Shown here: one piece after another, positions 36,458 through 49,800 of the stretch
Layout: every line of letters begins with the position of its first letter
Numbering within the stretch: position 1 is the first letter of the stretch
Source of the DNA: Oculina patagonica
Lineage: Eukaryota
Length of the DNA stretch: 64,000 nucleotides
Direction of reading: 5' to 3'
NCBI RefSeq assembly: GCF_052425735.1
Contig: NC_135760.1
Coordinates: 14,880,001-14,944,000 of the forward strand
The notes under the pieces: generated by a model
Database searches by the model: none
Told to the model about the DNA's origin: nothing
What the model saw: the letters and a program-made list of their open reading frames with translations, nothing else
Position numbers and translations under genes: made by a program

Positions 36458-39400
36458 ATGGAACTTACTAAACTGCTAGGATTTGCAATATTGCTGCAGT
36501 CTGTTGGAATATTATGCGTAAACAAGAAATTGGGTGAGTAAAAGCTGTTTAAATGAAACGCCTTAGTATAAAGGTGTTTGTAGTTTCGCTCCGCGAAAAG
36601 TGTAAATCGGTTTCGATGACTCCAGACACTGATCCTGCATTGGCTGCCGGCTGCTAGTAGCCGCTACTGACGTAGAGTGGGGTCTACATGTTGGGGAGAT
36701 ATTAGTCGATCAGGGTCTGTTTTTGTAATTCAGTCGCCTTGTTGTTCAGTTACGTACCATTAGCTTGACACACGTTGTCAGTACAGTTAATGCCTTCTTT
36801 ATTATTGGTGCGTAAGGCCATGGATCCGCTATATTTAGATAAACGGTGGCGGTTTGGATGCTCAAAGCTTGGAATTTAACTTTTGTTGGGTGCAAACAGT
36901 ACAGTGTTCTGAACATCAAAACACTGAACCCCACCTATAAATCCGCGTTTCCATGACTACCAACCTCGTTCCCAGATATTGGAAGGGCGGGAAAAGAACC
37001 CAGCTGACATCGCTCACTAAAACCTGTTGAAATTATATCTCGAACACAGAAAGAAGATAGAAGGAAAAACACTGGCGAATGACCAAATTCTGCATCACTA
37101 TTTGTAGTATGAGAAAGTACGAGAACTGCGAGAGCAAATTTTTCATGTTTCTTCATGAAATTGAACGCTGTGACATACTGAACACATTCATACACATATA
37201 TTCTTCCAACTAAGATGACCCGCTGCAGACTTCCGTGAAATGATTCTTCATGATATTGCAGCGCTGTTTCCTTAGAAAAGATATCTTTGTTATTGAAAGC
37301 AACGCAACAGTTTGGAAGAATATAAAAGTATCATGTTACATTTTGGAAGAATATAAAAGTATCATGTCAGTTACAAACCAACGAAAGTATCGTGTTACGG
37401 TTGTAAGGAAAAGCGCAAGTATCACGTTAACGTTTGGTATTTCAACGTCTTACGAAGCAAATTATCAGAAAACATAAACCACCGTACTGTCAGTTGATCA
37501 GCGCCATTGCATTCTGTACTACCCTTTGAGTCTCTGAGTTCAAGCTTAGAGGTGAAAGTTTCACGTTACACGCGTTTGAAAAACAAGAGTATCGTGTTAC
37601 ATACATTTGCAAGAAAAATTAAAGTATCATATTAAATGAAATTTTGAAGATAACAAGAGTATATGTTACATATACCATGTTTGAAGTATAAACCAAGCCT
37701 CACTGAAAAATTAATTAGGGTCAACTTGAGTAAACAACCATGTGCTGTATGCGCAAGTCATTTCAATAAAATTCATACGAGAAGATTTGCCGACAATAAG
37801 CTGACACGATGCGACTACTTACATACCTATCTGGTGAGCTACATTGAGAAGGTTCGCATGAAAAAAATTAAAAACTCAACAAGGACACTACTAAACAAAA
37901 TTTTAATAATGAACAGTACAGTTGACCTGTTATACACCTGTGCATTAACGTATTAAAAAATATCCGTTAAATTTTGTGCTTTGATGGAATATTCACGTTC
38001 AATTCAGTAAGAGACGTTGTAGTTCCGAGATCGCTGTATTGTTTATCTTGTTTCTCGGCCTAAAATGGCTCTGAATTTAACAATAAATGCTCTTTTGTAT
38101 TTATTACTTCTCAACTTAAAACTTATAAAAACAAAACGGTCGGCCGGTTTCTCAAAGTCAGTTAAACATAACATCTGATCTCTAGTTTGCATTTGTTTGC
38201 ACTATTAAATTGTTATATATACAACAAACATGAACACGATCGAAAACAACAACATAACCGGCTCTACAACTGCAATGTAAAGCTGTCGGCTCAGTTCAAT
38301 TCTGTCCTCGCTTCAGAGCCTCCCCAAGGTCCCCAAGCTTTCATTTAATTGTTGTTCACGGCTCAGATAGTTTGTATCCGCTCTCAGGTATCGCCACAAC
38401 CTTGATACTTACTCCGAAATCGAAATCTCCATCACGGCACTGAAATGGACGACACCGTTTGATTTTGAACTCGTAACAGAAATCTTCCTGCATCAGCACT
38501 TCATTGAAACCCGGTTCAACCCAAAGCCAGAAATCTGGATACCGTGCACTGTCTTGAGGCCCGGTGATGCCCTTCCAAACCATCTCACCGTAGCTTTGGA
38601 GAACGACGTTAGAAATCTTCTTCAACATTTCTCGTAGCGAGTCGTTGCGTATCACCAACACGTCCCTTTCATTTTTAGTTTGCGGCATCATGAATGGGCC
38701 AAGGTATGTTGCTTGAAATACCATTCCAACAAGTGGACTGTATTTCTGATATAAATCTTCCATTACTGTCGACGCATCCGGAAGGTTCAAGTACGCCATC
38801 TTTTAGACCTTTCGACACTTCAAAAAGCGGTTTGCAGTGCTTCAGTGTAACCTGATCCTCATACATTTACGTTCTAAAATTTCAACCCAGGACCTATTCG
38901 GGGATGGGGGTAGGGGGAGGGGGGAATTCGAATAGTGGACTACATAGGGAGTCTCCGCCTAAAGGGAGCAGGGATTTCAAGAATTAAAGCGCACAAGAAG
39001 GGGTTTTTTCCCTTCTAAAGGTACGTGAAAGAACTACCACTATCTATGGAAGGTATAAGAATACGTTACCTGTGAAAGATATAATATGGATGCCTGACTT
39101 ATTTTGTTTAGTTGTGACGTTGTATTCTGTTGTTGTTGTTGTTTTGTTTGCCCGCTATCAGGCCGTTTCTAAGCTATATCGAAGAGCTAGAAATTTAATG
39201 ACTGAAAAGAAGTAGCTGTCGTCGCTTAAAATAGTCAGCCTTTCCCTGGGCCAGCACACCTTCCGGAGGAGACTACACGGGTAGGGAGGGTATAATCTTC
39301 GAGGCTTCGGAACGTTGTGAACTGGGTTCTTTACCCTGAAGTGGGTGGAGCCTAAAATACAAAACGTTCCGTCTCTCCCTTACGATATATTTTCTAGGTG

Positions 39401-42400
39401 GCAAGGTCTTTTAACCGGGAGATATAAAAATTACCTAATGCACGAGCAGAGAATACTACTACGCCAGGTCAAGAGAAAATAAAGGTCTTTATAGCTGTCT
39501 CATTATTTTCTCTTGGCCACGTTCATTTCACTTAGTAATAACGGTTAATAGAAGAGTGTTTGTTTGAAAGCAAAGCAGAGAATTTTTGCAGGAATATCTC
39601 TTATTCTATCCGGGGGACAGGGGGGTCTCAACCTCCCGCTTCCCGAACCTTCTACTCCCGCTTCCCGCACCTTTTCGTAGTGGTTCCCTCCTCTTTGTCC
39701 CATACCTATTGCGTAATATAACGAAATGTTGCGACATTTTACTCGTTTTCTCCCGGTTCCCGCCACCTTAGGAATTCCGCTTCCCTCCCTCTTTTCTCCC
39801 ACCTCCCGCCCCCTCTTCTCCCGGGCTCCCGCCCCCTGACCCCTCCACTATCCAGTACAGGCATCAGTGCCACAAATTTTCAATTGTTTTCAGGTCATGT
39901 CACTGCCAGTTAAATTACAATGTACTGACTGTCAGAAACGCGATTGCACACCCCCAATTTCTCCCACGTTGATGTCATGTCAATTTCTTTCATTTCTTAG
40001 GTTGTCCAAGGGACTGGAAGAGATTTGAGAACTCGTGTTACATGTCGCCTAGCACAGCTGCTGATTGGTTCACCGCTCAAACAAACTGCAGCAAATACAA
40101 CGCTCATCTGGTCACAGTTTCCTCCCAAAGTGAAAATTCGTTTCTGATTCAAAAAATAATATCAAAACGTCGATGGAAAAGCAGGCATTTTTGGATCGGT
40201 TTACAAAGAGCTCCTTTTGATATCTCGTTCTGGCTCTGGGTCGACGGGTCTCAGTTGTCATTCAGCGGCTGGTATTCTGGACAACCTGACAATTATCGCC
40301 AAGAGGAGTACTGTGGGGAAATGTATGTTCTCCAAGTGAACTCCGGTGTGGTGGGGTGGAACGACCTGAACTGCTCCCATGCCTCGAGTTTTATTTGTGA
40401 GAAAGGTAAACTCGTATTTTCTGTACCCCCCGGGTTTTTTTGGGGCGTTTGCTTTTTTATTTTTTTTTTTTTTTTTTTTAAATATTATTTTTTGGTTTTA
40501 GGGCCCGGGGTTGGGGGCCCGCGGAAAAATATATTGGTTATTTTAGAGTTTTGCTAATGTAGTAAAGTATTTTTGTCTTCTGCACATTTTTTATTATGAT
40601 CTGTGTCTTATAGATAGCAAAGATTTCAGAGGCTTGTGCACCAGAGCTAACCCAGTGAAGTGACCCTGTAATGTTTAACTGAATTCTCTTTAACTGTTTT
40701 TGCTTTAAATAAATGACTCTGTAGGTCATGTAGTGTGATCGTCCGTGTGAGAGTAGTTCGGAGAAGAACTGTTGTTGGTGGCTAGTCACCAACAACAGTT
40801 CTTCTCAGACTACTCTCACTGACGGACGATCACACTACACGACCTACTAAAACTCCTGGGTTCAAACCATTTACTATCTGATATTAATTGACTTAGCTGG
40901 AATGAATAACATGATTCTTTCAAAAAAATTGTCTTAAAGGGAAGAAAAAGCAGATTTTTGACGTTGAATCGCCTTGCAGGGACTAGTGGCAGTGCTAAAG
41001 AGTTAATTTTCTTGTTCAACGACACAACGTTCTTTTGGTGACAGTTTTTTTTAAGTTGACAACCTTAGTTACCTTGCCTCGTACAAAAATAATTCTTGGG
41101 CTTATTGTTTCAATGTTGATATCCAAATTACCATTTCAATATCTCACCGAGGAGCCTTATATATATATTTTAGTCACAGGCAATTTTAAGCATCACCCTC
41201 CTTAAATTTTAAACAGGTTTACTGCGAATTTCAGAGGAGAGGAGAGTTTTTTTGATAATCAAAATTCTGAAATATAAATGCTTAAGTGATTTAGTATATA
41301 TACCTTTTTCAACAGAGCTTATTGGCTTGCCATCTTGCTCTAAAGATAATGGAGGCTGTCAACACTTATGTCTGTGGACGTTTGATAATCGTCGTATTTG
41401 TAAATGTAAAGATGGTTACATCTCTCAAAAGGATGGAGCTGTTTGTTTAGGTGAGTGTGGATTCGTTTTACATAATAATGAGTCTGCCTTTAAGCCTAGC
41501 GGCCCATCAGGCCGGAGCTTGTCCTGGTATGTAGTTTTTCGTGGCTTCGTGACTAGAAGTATTTCTACTCATCCGTGATGGAGGGGGGCTAGATAAGATG
41601 CTAGTCCATCGCAGGGTAACCCATTAGCATACACCTGGGCGGAGAGAGGCACTATGAGAGTAAAGTGTCTTACCCCGCACTTACTATTTAGGCCACCACG
41701 CCGCGTATAATACAGCACTTCGTATTTAGATATAGCAACAGAAAATTAAAGGTTCAGGAAAAAAAAAAAACAGGAAATTGGTTGGACAGAGAGAATATTC
41801 TTAAGCTTTTTTTATGGAAAAGTCTACTGGTGTAACAAATTTGATTGTTTAATTGTTGGAAATATTGTACAGCATCCAGGTTCAATCCGCCATTTTGATT
41901 CTTATGACGTCACATTGTTGTCCCGGTTATCAAAAAAGTCATGCTTTAGCAGTAGGACAACTGTGCGGCGTCACTAAATCCCAAATGGCGCGAAAACTTA
42001 AAACGACTTAAATCTCTCAGTGTATACTGGTGGATATTGCTAATGGATATGCATGATCCATGGCAACGAGATCAGACCAGCATTAAAGAACTATCATTCT
42101 CTTTCAGACCCGAAGATGATCATGCCTCAAGAAGCTCAAGCACAACCGAACACCTCATTTGATGTAGCTTTACTCATAATCCAGTTACTGTCCCTTGCTC
42201 TTCTGATCCCAATGTGCTGCGTTCTGGTTTCGTTTTACAGAAGAGTTTCGCAACAAAGACGACGCAACAACATGCCGCAATCAGGCACCGTAATGATCAA
42301 TGCGCCATTATCTAACGAGGAACACAGTTTAGACAGTCAAACCTCGCCAGTTACCAGCACAACCTTTGACGATGAGGGCAATGGTGAAGATACTTGTCGG

Positions 42401-42406
42401 GCGTAA
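36458..42406 (+). CDS. Type I membrane C-type lectin (signal peptide, CTLD, EGF-like, TM, cytoplasmic tail), about 304 aa
   Basis: Exons 36458-36533 (MELTKLLGFAILLQSVGILC...), 40001-40405 (CPRDW...FWIGL...QPDN...WNDLNC...FICEK), 41316-41450 (CSKDNGGCQHLC...CKCKDGY...C), 42108-42406 (VALLIIQLLSLALLIPMCCVLVSFY-RR); all phase-1 introns. Exon 1 linkage is inferred. Confidence 0.82.
37318..37672. repeat. Degenerate ~30-bp minisatellite
   Basis: About 8 copies of aagtatcrtgttac in two clusters with roughly 30-36 bp spacing. Confidence 0.65.
38356..38799 (-). CDS. Intronless 147-aa hypothetical protein nested antisense in lectin intron 1
   Basis: Good start context aagATGG; globular composition; higher GC than flanks; AATAAA on the minus strand at 38100-38105; candidate 5'UTR acceptor (ttttag) at about 38874. 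Confidence 0.6.
   Translation of the reverse strand: MAYLNLPDASTVMEDLYQKYSPLVGMVFQATYLGPFMMPQTKNERDVLVIRNDSLREMLKKISNVVLQSYGEMVWKGITGPQDSARYPDFWLWVEPGFNEVLMQEDFCYEFKIKRCRPFQCRDGDFDFGVSIKVVAIPESGYKLSEP
40721..40847. repeat. ~60-bp-arm palindrome
   Basis: gtaggtcatgtagtgtgatcgtccgt...gaactgttgttggtg / caccaacaacagttc...acggacgatcacactacacgacctac. Confidence 0.8.
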
Positions 42407-42462
42407 AACAACTTGTTGCTACTGAGATTTGCGTCCAGTATGACTGAGAAAATGATATATGT

Positions 42463-42723
42463 AAAGCTATGCACACACTAGGGGACTAGTCGCAGGGACT
42501 TATCCCTTAGTGTGTACACACTAAAAAATTGACCGATTTGTGGGACTATTGGTCCCTGCGACTAGTCCCAGAAATCAAACCAGCTTAATTTGTGGGACAA
42601 GTCGCAGGGACCAAAAATTTGGACCCTGTGACTAGAATTTCGATGCAAAATACAAGTACACACTAGGGGACTGGTCCCCGAAGCAAGTTCCTGGGACTAG
42701 TCCCCTAGTGTGTGCCGACCTTA
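42463..42723. mobile_element. PIF/Harbinger-like MITE
   Basis: gcacacactaggggactagtc / gactagtcccctagtgtgtgc; TAA-like flanks. Confidence 0.7.
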
Positions 42724-43842
42724 AGACCTTAACTGGTGGCAATACTTGTTTACGAAAAAATGATGATTTCCCCTCTGGCGAGCTCCAGCCCTAAAGAAAA
42801 AGCCGCCATTTTTTAATGCACGCGCGCAAATCACGCGTGAAATTATGCACAGTAGGGAAGTGCAATGAATTACTAAGGAAAACCGCTCGCGTTAAAAACG
42901 TGACATCTCTTGCATGGTGAACATGAGTTCCTGTGCCCGAGTGGCATTCAGTTGTAGGACACTGTAGTTAAAATTGTTATTTCTTTGCCATATACTTTTG
43001 GGATATATCTTTAGTGTCGACTTCACAATCAGATAGGGTACCATAAACGCAATTAACCGGTCATCGTTATCAATAATTTTCTTACTACAGTGTATATAGT
43101 ATACAATATACATATCAATGTTACGGAAGGATAGCTAGAGTGCTCCGGCATATAAATTCGTGCGATTTGGTTTAAAGAATTTAGCGATAGAATTTTTTTC
43201 ATCTTTTTTAAACTGTAAATAAATTAAAGGGTCTATAAATTAAAGGTGTTATCATAATCTTTGAGCTCTTTCACTTCAGATATGTAAAAGATTGGTCGGC
43301 TCTTTCTCTGTGAGTTTATTACGAGCCGAGGGGTGAGCTTCTTAAACCAGAACCTGCAGTCGTTTCCAATGCGGACTGCACACTGCACAGAAGGCTTTAT
43401 TGCCACGATTCAGAGAGAACACTGGGAGCTAGGAACAGCTATAAGACACATTGCGTGATTTCGCGTGACAACGCGGTTTTGCTGACTTGTAACGACAGCG
43501 GGGGGGGGGGGGGGGGCACAGCATGGCCACCAATTTAAGTGCAATGGAAAATTCAAACAACAATTCGCCAGATTTCAGTTTCTTTGTGCAAGTCATAATG
43601 ACATCTTTTGTTTTCAACTCTAATCTAAATTTTGATTCTTAATTATTTTACGTCCATGTCAATCACATTTGACACGAGTACACACTTTCAGTGCTGTCGT
43701 GACAGGCAAATTGTTTCAGCACGCATACTGAAGTTCACGGGTATAGTGAAAGACAGACCTTCACATACCTTTAGCGTGAATGTCTGTGGGTAAGATCTCA
43801 AAACCTTACAACGGGCTTCGAGAAAACTTATATTGAGTCGTA

Positions 43843-46800
43843 ATGGAAGCTAGCCGTGACGGCAACACTCCAGACAATGCAAATGATCTTAATGCAAGCG
43901 AATCGTCAAAGAAAACATACCAATTTGACGACTTGCTTCGTTTAGTCGGCGGATTTGGCCGTTATCCGATGCTGTTGTACGGCTTTATGTGTTTGATGAC
44001 GGTACCTATCGGTCTTCAGCAATTGGTGCTGGTTTTTTACGGCGCCTCTCCGCCATTTCAGTGCGCCGCCTCGATAACAGCGAGTAACAACGATTCTGTA
44101 TGCGGCGTTGATAAGTGTTGTGCTAATTGCACCAAATATGAATTCACCGGGGAATTTACAAGTGCAGTGTCTGAGGTGAGATAAGAGTTTCATTATTTAT
44201 TTCGTGTTGAAGCACCCTACATTTATAGTTTAGGTGCACCTTCTAAAGAGATGATACCACTAGCTGAATTATAATAAAATATCACTGAGATTAAAAAGTT
44301 AAATATGTATTTGAATAGTAAGTCGAAAGTAACCATAAAACTACCGTCATAGTGCGGCTTAATAGCTCACAGAAAGCCAAGAAGTTAGATAGAGATGTAT
44401 TTGGTTTCATTTATTTACTCTCGTCCAACCCAGACTCCTTAAAAAAGAGGTACATGTACTAAAAAGTGAAAGGAAAAGGCATTGAAAGAGCTTGGAAGGG
44501 TTTTTCAGCTGTGACATGAGGATTCAGGGGGCTCAAAAAGGAAGAATTGGGGATAACAGATAGGTGTTTTAAGTCCATTTCTGGCCGTCAATATTTGCAA
44601 TCTTTCTATATATATATTTACATTCTTTTAAGCATATACCCGGGTGGTGTTAAAGGAAGGAATACACCCCTATTGGATCAATATGTAAAAACTGTTTTCT
44701 GAAACAACTTCATTAACAATTTTAACTGGAAAAAAACGGCATAGAGTATCATAGTGTATCGTGAACGTAGTATAGCGCGGGAAACATATTGTGTTTGTTG
44801 TCTGAACGATGGAGTCTGAAGACCTTCGTAGATCTTTGTAGTGCGTTCATAGTTTGAACGTTTCACGAAGATCCCAATTATAAATCCGGAAATTGTCTAT
44901 GGTTCTGATGTAAATATAGTTTGGGTATAATGCGGAGCGTTTGTAATTATAAAGAACCAACAAAAGTTCTAAATTTTATTAGCTCTAGTAACGGAGACAA
45001 ATAAAATGTACTTTAAAAGGATTAAAAGGTGGATCAGTCAGACGTAAACGACTTTAACTATACCATTATCGCACAGCGTGCACGCTTGAGTTGGCATCTG
45101 CCCTTATCAGATGGGGGAAAAGTTCGAGAAAATTGGGCAGGTTCAACTTTATAAGAGCGTACGCGCATCCCGGGGGAGGGGGGGGGGTACTCCATATAAT
45201 GGCCTATACGGGGAGGCTCCGCCCGAAAGGGGTACCTTTTTCAGGCTCCAGGTATATAAAAGGGTAGGGAATTCACAAGATTAGGTATATGAAAGGGTAT
45301 TTAAATGATGGGCCTTGAATTAAAATATTTCGAACAGACGCAGTTTATGACTGTATTATTTTAATTTATAAAGCGCAACATGAAAATGACAAAAACGTCC
45401 TGTTCTAAGTCTATGCATGTCTTTTAGGTATATTAAAGGTCAAATGAACAGAAATTTCAAAATGCCATTTTAACCAACCAAACGCTAAAACTATCCATTA
45501 TTGAGTAAAATTAAGAAAAAAAATTGCTTTCCGAGCCTTAAAGCGTGAATAACAGCAAAAAATACGAAGATTTCCGACGGCTTCACGAAAACGTTTTTGA
45601 ATGACTGCGCACTAAAATGGAAGGAATGGAACGAGTTTTTGACGTCATAATTGGTGTTTTTGAAGACGACCGCAGACCGATTCCACAGACCGCACCGACG
45701 GCAACGTCAACGACATCGTCTGGTGGAAAATTAGTTTATATTTTACTTGAGAATCTCGCAACTTTCCGGACGTATTCTGCTTATTTATTGCTTTAAGAAC
45801 TAGCTACCCCAAATAGAAAAACTGAATATTAGCCGTCGTGGCTGACGTTGTCCAAAATACGCAGAATTTCGTCATTTCATGTTGTTGTTTGGCAGAGAAC
45901 GGCTTTGAAGTGTACCAAGATTCAAAACGCACGTGCGTAGTTAAAGCACGTGCAGATAATTCTGCTCATTAACGTAAAATGCTAATCAGAAGAACAATAG
46001 AGATTCCTGATTTGTTTTCATACCAGCGTGCATTCTTCCTGTGTCTCACATGATTATGCAAAACGACAGCTGAGCAAACAAAACTTTAAGCTTTTTTTAA
46101 GCTTTAGCTATTTTATTTAAAAAAAAATGCGCGTCTCTGAACAACAACCAACAATCAATCAACTGAAAAACGGCCGAACAGAACGAAATAACTGCTTGAA
46201 AAGTCACTAAACACATTTATTTAAATTCTAACGTGCGGTCTGCGGAATCGGTCTGCGGTCGTCTTCAAAAACACCAATTATGACATCACAAGTTTTTATT
46301 TCCGACAATTTTTCCGAGCGCTCTACGATTATGAAGGCCTAGAAAAAGCATTTTTCAACTTGCAATATCTCTGCGATGCAATGTCCGATTACTTTAAAAC
46401 TTCGGGATATGTTCATTTTGCTCTTAATAAACACATGGACAAAAAATAAAAAAAAATCGAAAATTCTGTTCATTTGACCTTTAAAGGGGTACCTTCTTTC
46501 AGTAAAAGGTATACGAAAGGGGTACAATTTCTGTGGTATATAAAAGGGTAAGGGGTAAGAGCTTGGGGCGGAGCCTCCCCGTATAAAACATTTTTGAGTG
46601 CCCCCCCCCCCCCCGGGACGCGCATTAGAGTTAGCGATCAAGGAAGAGCGAAAGTTCGAACTCCATCTCGTTTGATCTGGTCGGTTTTGTGTCTTGTTTT
46701 CAGTGGGAGCTGATCTGCAGCAGGAAGCATCTGAAGGCGTTAAGTCAAGCAGCTTACTTGGCAGGGCTTCTGATTGGTTCCTACGCCTTTAGCAGCATCT

Positions 46801-49800
46801 CTGATCACTTCGGTCGAAGGATCGCTATTTTCCTCAGTATCTCCTTTTTGGTAAGTACAGAATTCAACAGTCTATTTCAAGTTGGTTAAGCCAGCGCTTG
46901 TAAACACGTGGAGGAAATCACCACGCATGCAAAGCCTTTGAACGTTTCAAAACGAAGCGCGAGAAAAAAGAACGTTGACTGCTCAATTTTAAGCAATCAG
47001 TTCGCTTTACAGTATTGAAGAAAAAAGAAATTAATTAGGTCTAATTAGGCTTGGTCCAGGGTAGCCTGTGAGCAGGCTCTCTATTCGGGGGCAACGTGAA
47101 CTCGCTCGCCGACTCGCGCCCTCGAAGAGTTCAATTCACCAATGGTTGACTACGTTGCCCCCGAATAGAGAGCCTGCTCGCATGGTAGATGGGACACGTA
47201 TAGCTTTATCTTTCTTCCGTGCTGCAAAGGGATTTTTTAAAATCGTACGCTACTAATACATACGTAATTTCATAACATTTAAATCTTAATCGAAAGAGTC
47301 GCCTGGCGACCATAGTTAGCAGAGTAAGCCACTGTATCATTTCAGCCATTATGACTGATTGTTAGGATTCGGTGAATTCGGGCTTTCGCGTCATAGCGGC
47401 GAATTATCAAGACCTTAACCATAAATATTCTCTCTGGCTTTTGTTAAAACAGTCGTTGTATATTTTCCTATTGTTGCTGTGTGGTTATTAAACTTTTGAA
47501 TGATGGTCACATGTTTGCGTCTTCTCAATCATATCGCGATAAAAATTGGAAAACTGCCGCCCGCACAATTGGCCCCTTTAAGGGCCTCTTCATATGATCC
47601 CGGTTGACCGGGCTGGCCCAGTTACCGAGATCTCGGCTCACTCCTATTTTCTTGTAAAATTTTGGATGTGTTCATATGAGAAGGTGGGCCAGCCCGGTTA
47701 CCGATATCTCGGTTTCTGCAACCGAGATCTCGACAACCGGGAAGAATATTTTCCCATATGAACGCTCCATCCCGGTCGCCGGGACGCAACTTTTTTTGAG
47801 AAAATAGCTTCCCTTTCGTAATTGGGCGGTCCAAATGGTTTAATTTTGCCTTGTATCTATTTCCACTTCAGAAATATGCGAATTAGCTTTATAAATAAAG
47901 TTACATGGGTCAATAAAGCTACGATAGTCGCGAAAGATGCAACTTTATGTGTCGTCATTTTGCCTTCGTTTCTTGAATTTTATCCCCGTCAACCGGGCTA
48001 AAATTTTCCATATGAACAGAGGTCAAAATCCGTCCTGGTAACTGAGACAGCTCGTAAACCGGGCTCATGTGAAGAGGCCCTAAGAAGAACTATAATCTTT
48101 AAAATCGCTTTTTGGGACTTTCAGGGCATGTTAGCTCCGCGTAACTTAACTGAGCCCATAAAAACTACGAAATTTATTATAAATTACGTTTGGTGTAGAA
48201 TTTATTTATTTATTTATTTATTAAGATTTCCCAACATAACAATAAACATTTACAACTAAAAAAGTAAAATATATAATAATAATAAAAATAGTGGGAGGAT
48301 AACAGCAGGGGGAAACTGAATTCCCATGTAAAAGCTGTTATCCTAGATAAAGCTAAAAATTTACAAATAAATTTACTAATGAATAAAATTGAAAAAAAAA
48401 TACGCTAATAACAATTTATTATACTAAGATAAGTTATATTAATATATATGTTCATATTGCTAGAGCATTAAATGGCTTAACAGATTTTTTTTTTAAAATG
48501 AGCTTAATGATTGAGCCTCCAGGACATCACTCGGCAACGAATTCCAGTCGCTTATATATCTATTAAAAAAAGAAAACTTAGTAATTAGTGCGAGCAGAGT
48601 TTGGTCTTAATTTAAGCTTGTGATTGGATCTAGTACGAGATTCGCCTACTATGTCATCTTTTCAGGCAGGATGTGGCACGGTGTCTGCTGTGGCGGACTG
48701 CCTCTCCCTTTTTGCCTTGTTCCGTGTCGGCGCAGGAGCTGCAGCAGCCGGCTGTCTTCTTTCCCGTTTCGTGTACTGCTTAGAGCTATCAGTCACCTCC
48801 AACAGAACTGCCGCGGGGTTTGTTAGCAACATCTTTATGACGCTTGGTTACGCCATACTGTCTTTACTGGCGTATGTCTTGCGGGACTGGAGGCATTTGA
48901 TGCTAGCGGTGTCATTACCAGGCACACTGCTTTTAGTATTTTGGTGGTAAGTCCGTCAGCTGTGCCGCTTTGTTTTCACCTTTTTGCAACTTTAACGAAT
49001 TATTGCATTTGGGAGCTATGCTGTACTTTGTTCTCATAGTGCCTTTCACAGGGGCATATAGGTGTCTATAGGTGTCCTTTTTGCGCGATTTAAAGCCTGA
49101 TTTTTAAACGCTAAGAGAAGTGCATTTTTCGGATACGTTAGCTGAACTTTCAAAATTCAGAAAATTTTAGGGACCTAAATATTACCGAATTTACGAGCCA
49201 CTGGTTGCCTTCTCGAATATCGTAGCTGGCGTTTTTTCGAGCCCAAAACGACATTTTCTCTCCAAAAACAACAGGCATTACATTCCCCATGTCACGAAAG
49301 TTTGAGCTAAAGATATCTCCAGCTTTTCGTAGGCGATAATAGGTCTTCCGGACAGATATTCGCCAAAAGGGACTGTTGGGTGCCCCTGCTTTCTCCACCC
49401 AGGTACCGGCGAACTAAACCGTAGTCACTTATGCTCAACCTGAAACTGCATGAAGATAAGCGCCGGTCTGATTGCCGAGGACACTAGGCTCGAGCGCAGA
49501 GTAAACCGATGCGATGACATAATTAACCATTTCTAGAATGAGAGAAGTATTTAAAACCAAAGGACATCTCAAAAGATAGATGTCTAATGCAGAGAAACAT
49601 AAAAGTTAGCCTGCGTAGCAGGCGTAAAAAGAGGGAGGGGAAGGAGGGGAGGGGAAGGGGGAAAAGAATGTTCCCTTACCTTTTCCCCACCCCCACCCAC
49701 CCCACTCTTTTTTTACTCCTCGAATTCCCTCAATCCTCTAACTACCCCCTTACCCTTTTACATCTGCTACGCAGGCTACATAAAAGCTAAAATAAGAAGC

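Noticed and set aside
40406-40557. Hydrophobic Phe-rich tail after the CTLD, resembling a TM segment
   Set aside because: Intronic after GAGAAAG|gtaaac; homopolymer-rich and probably low-quality sequence.
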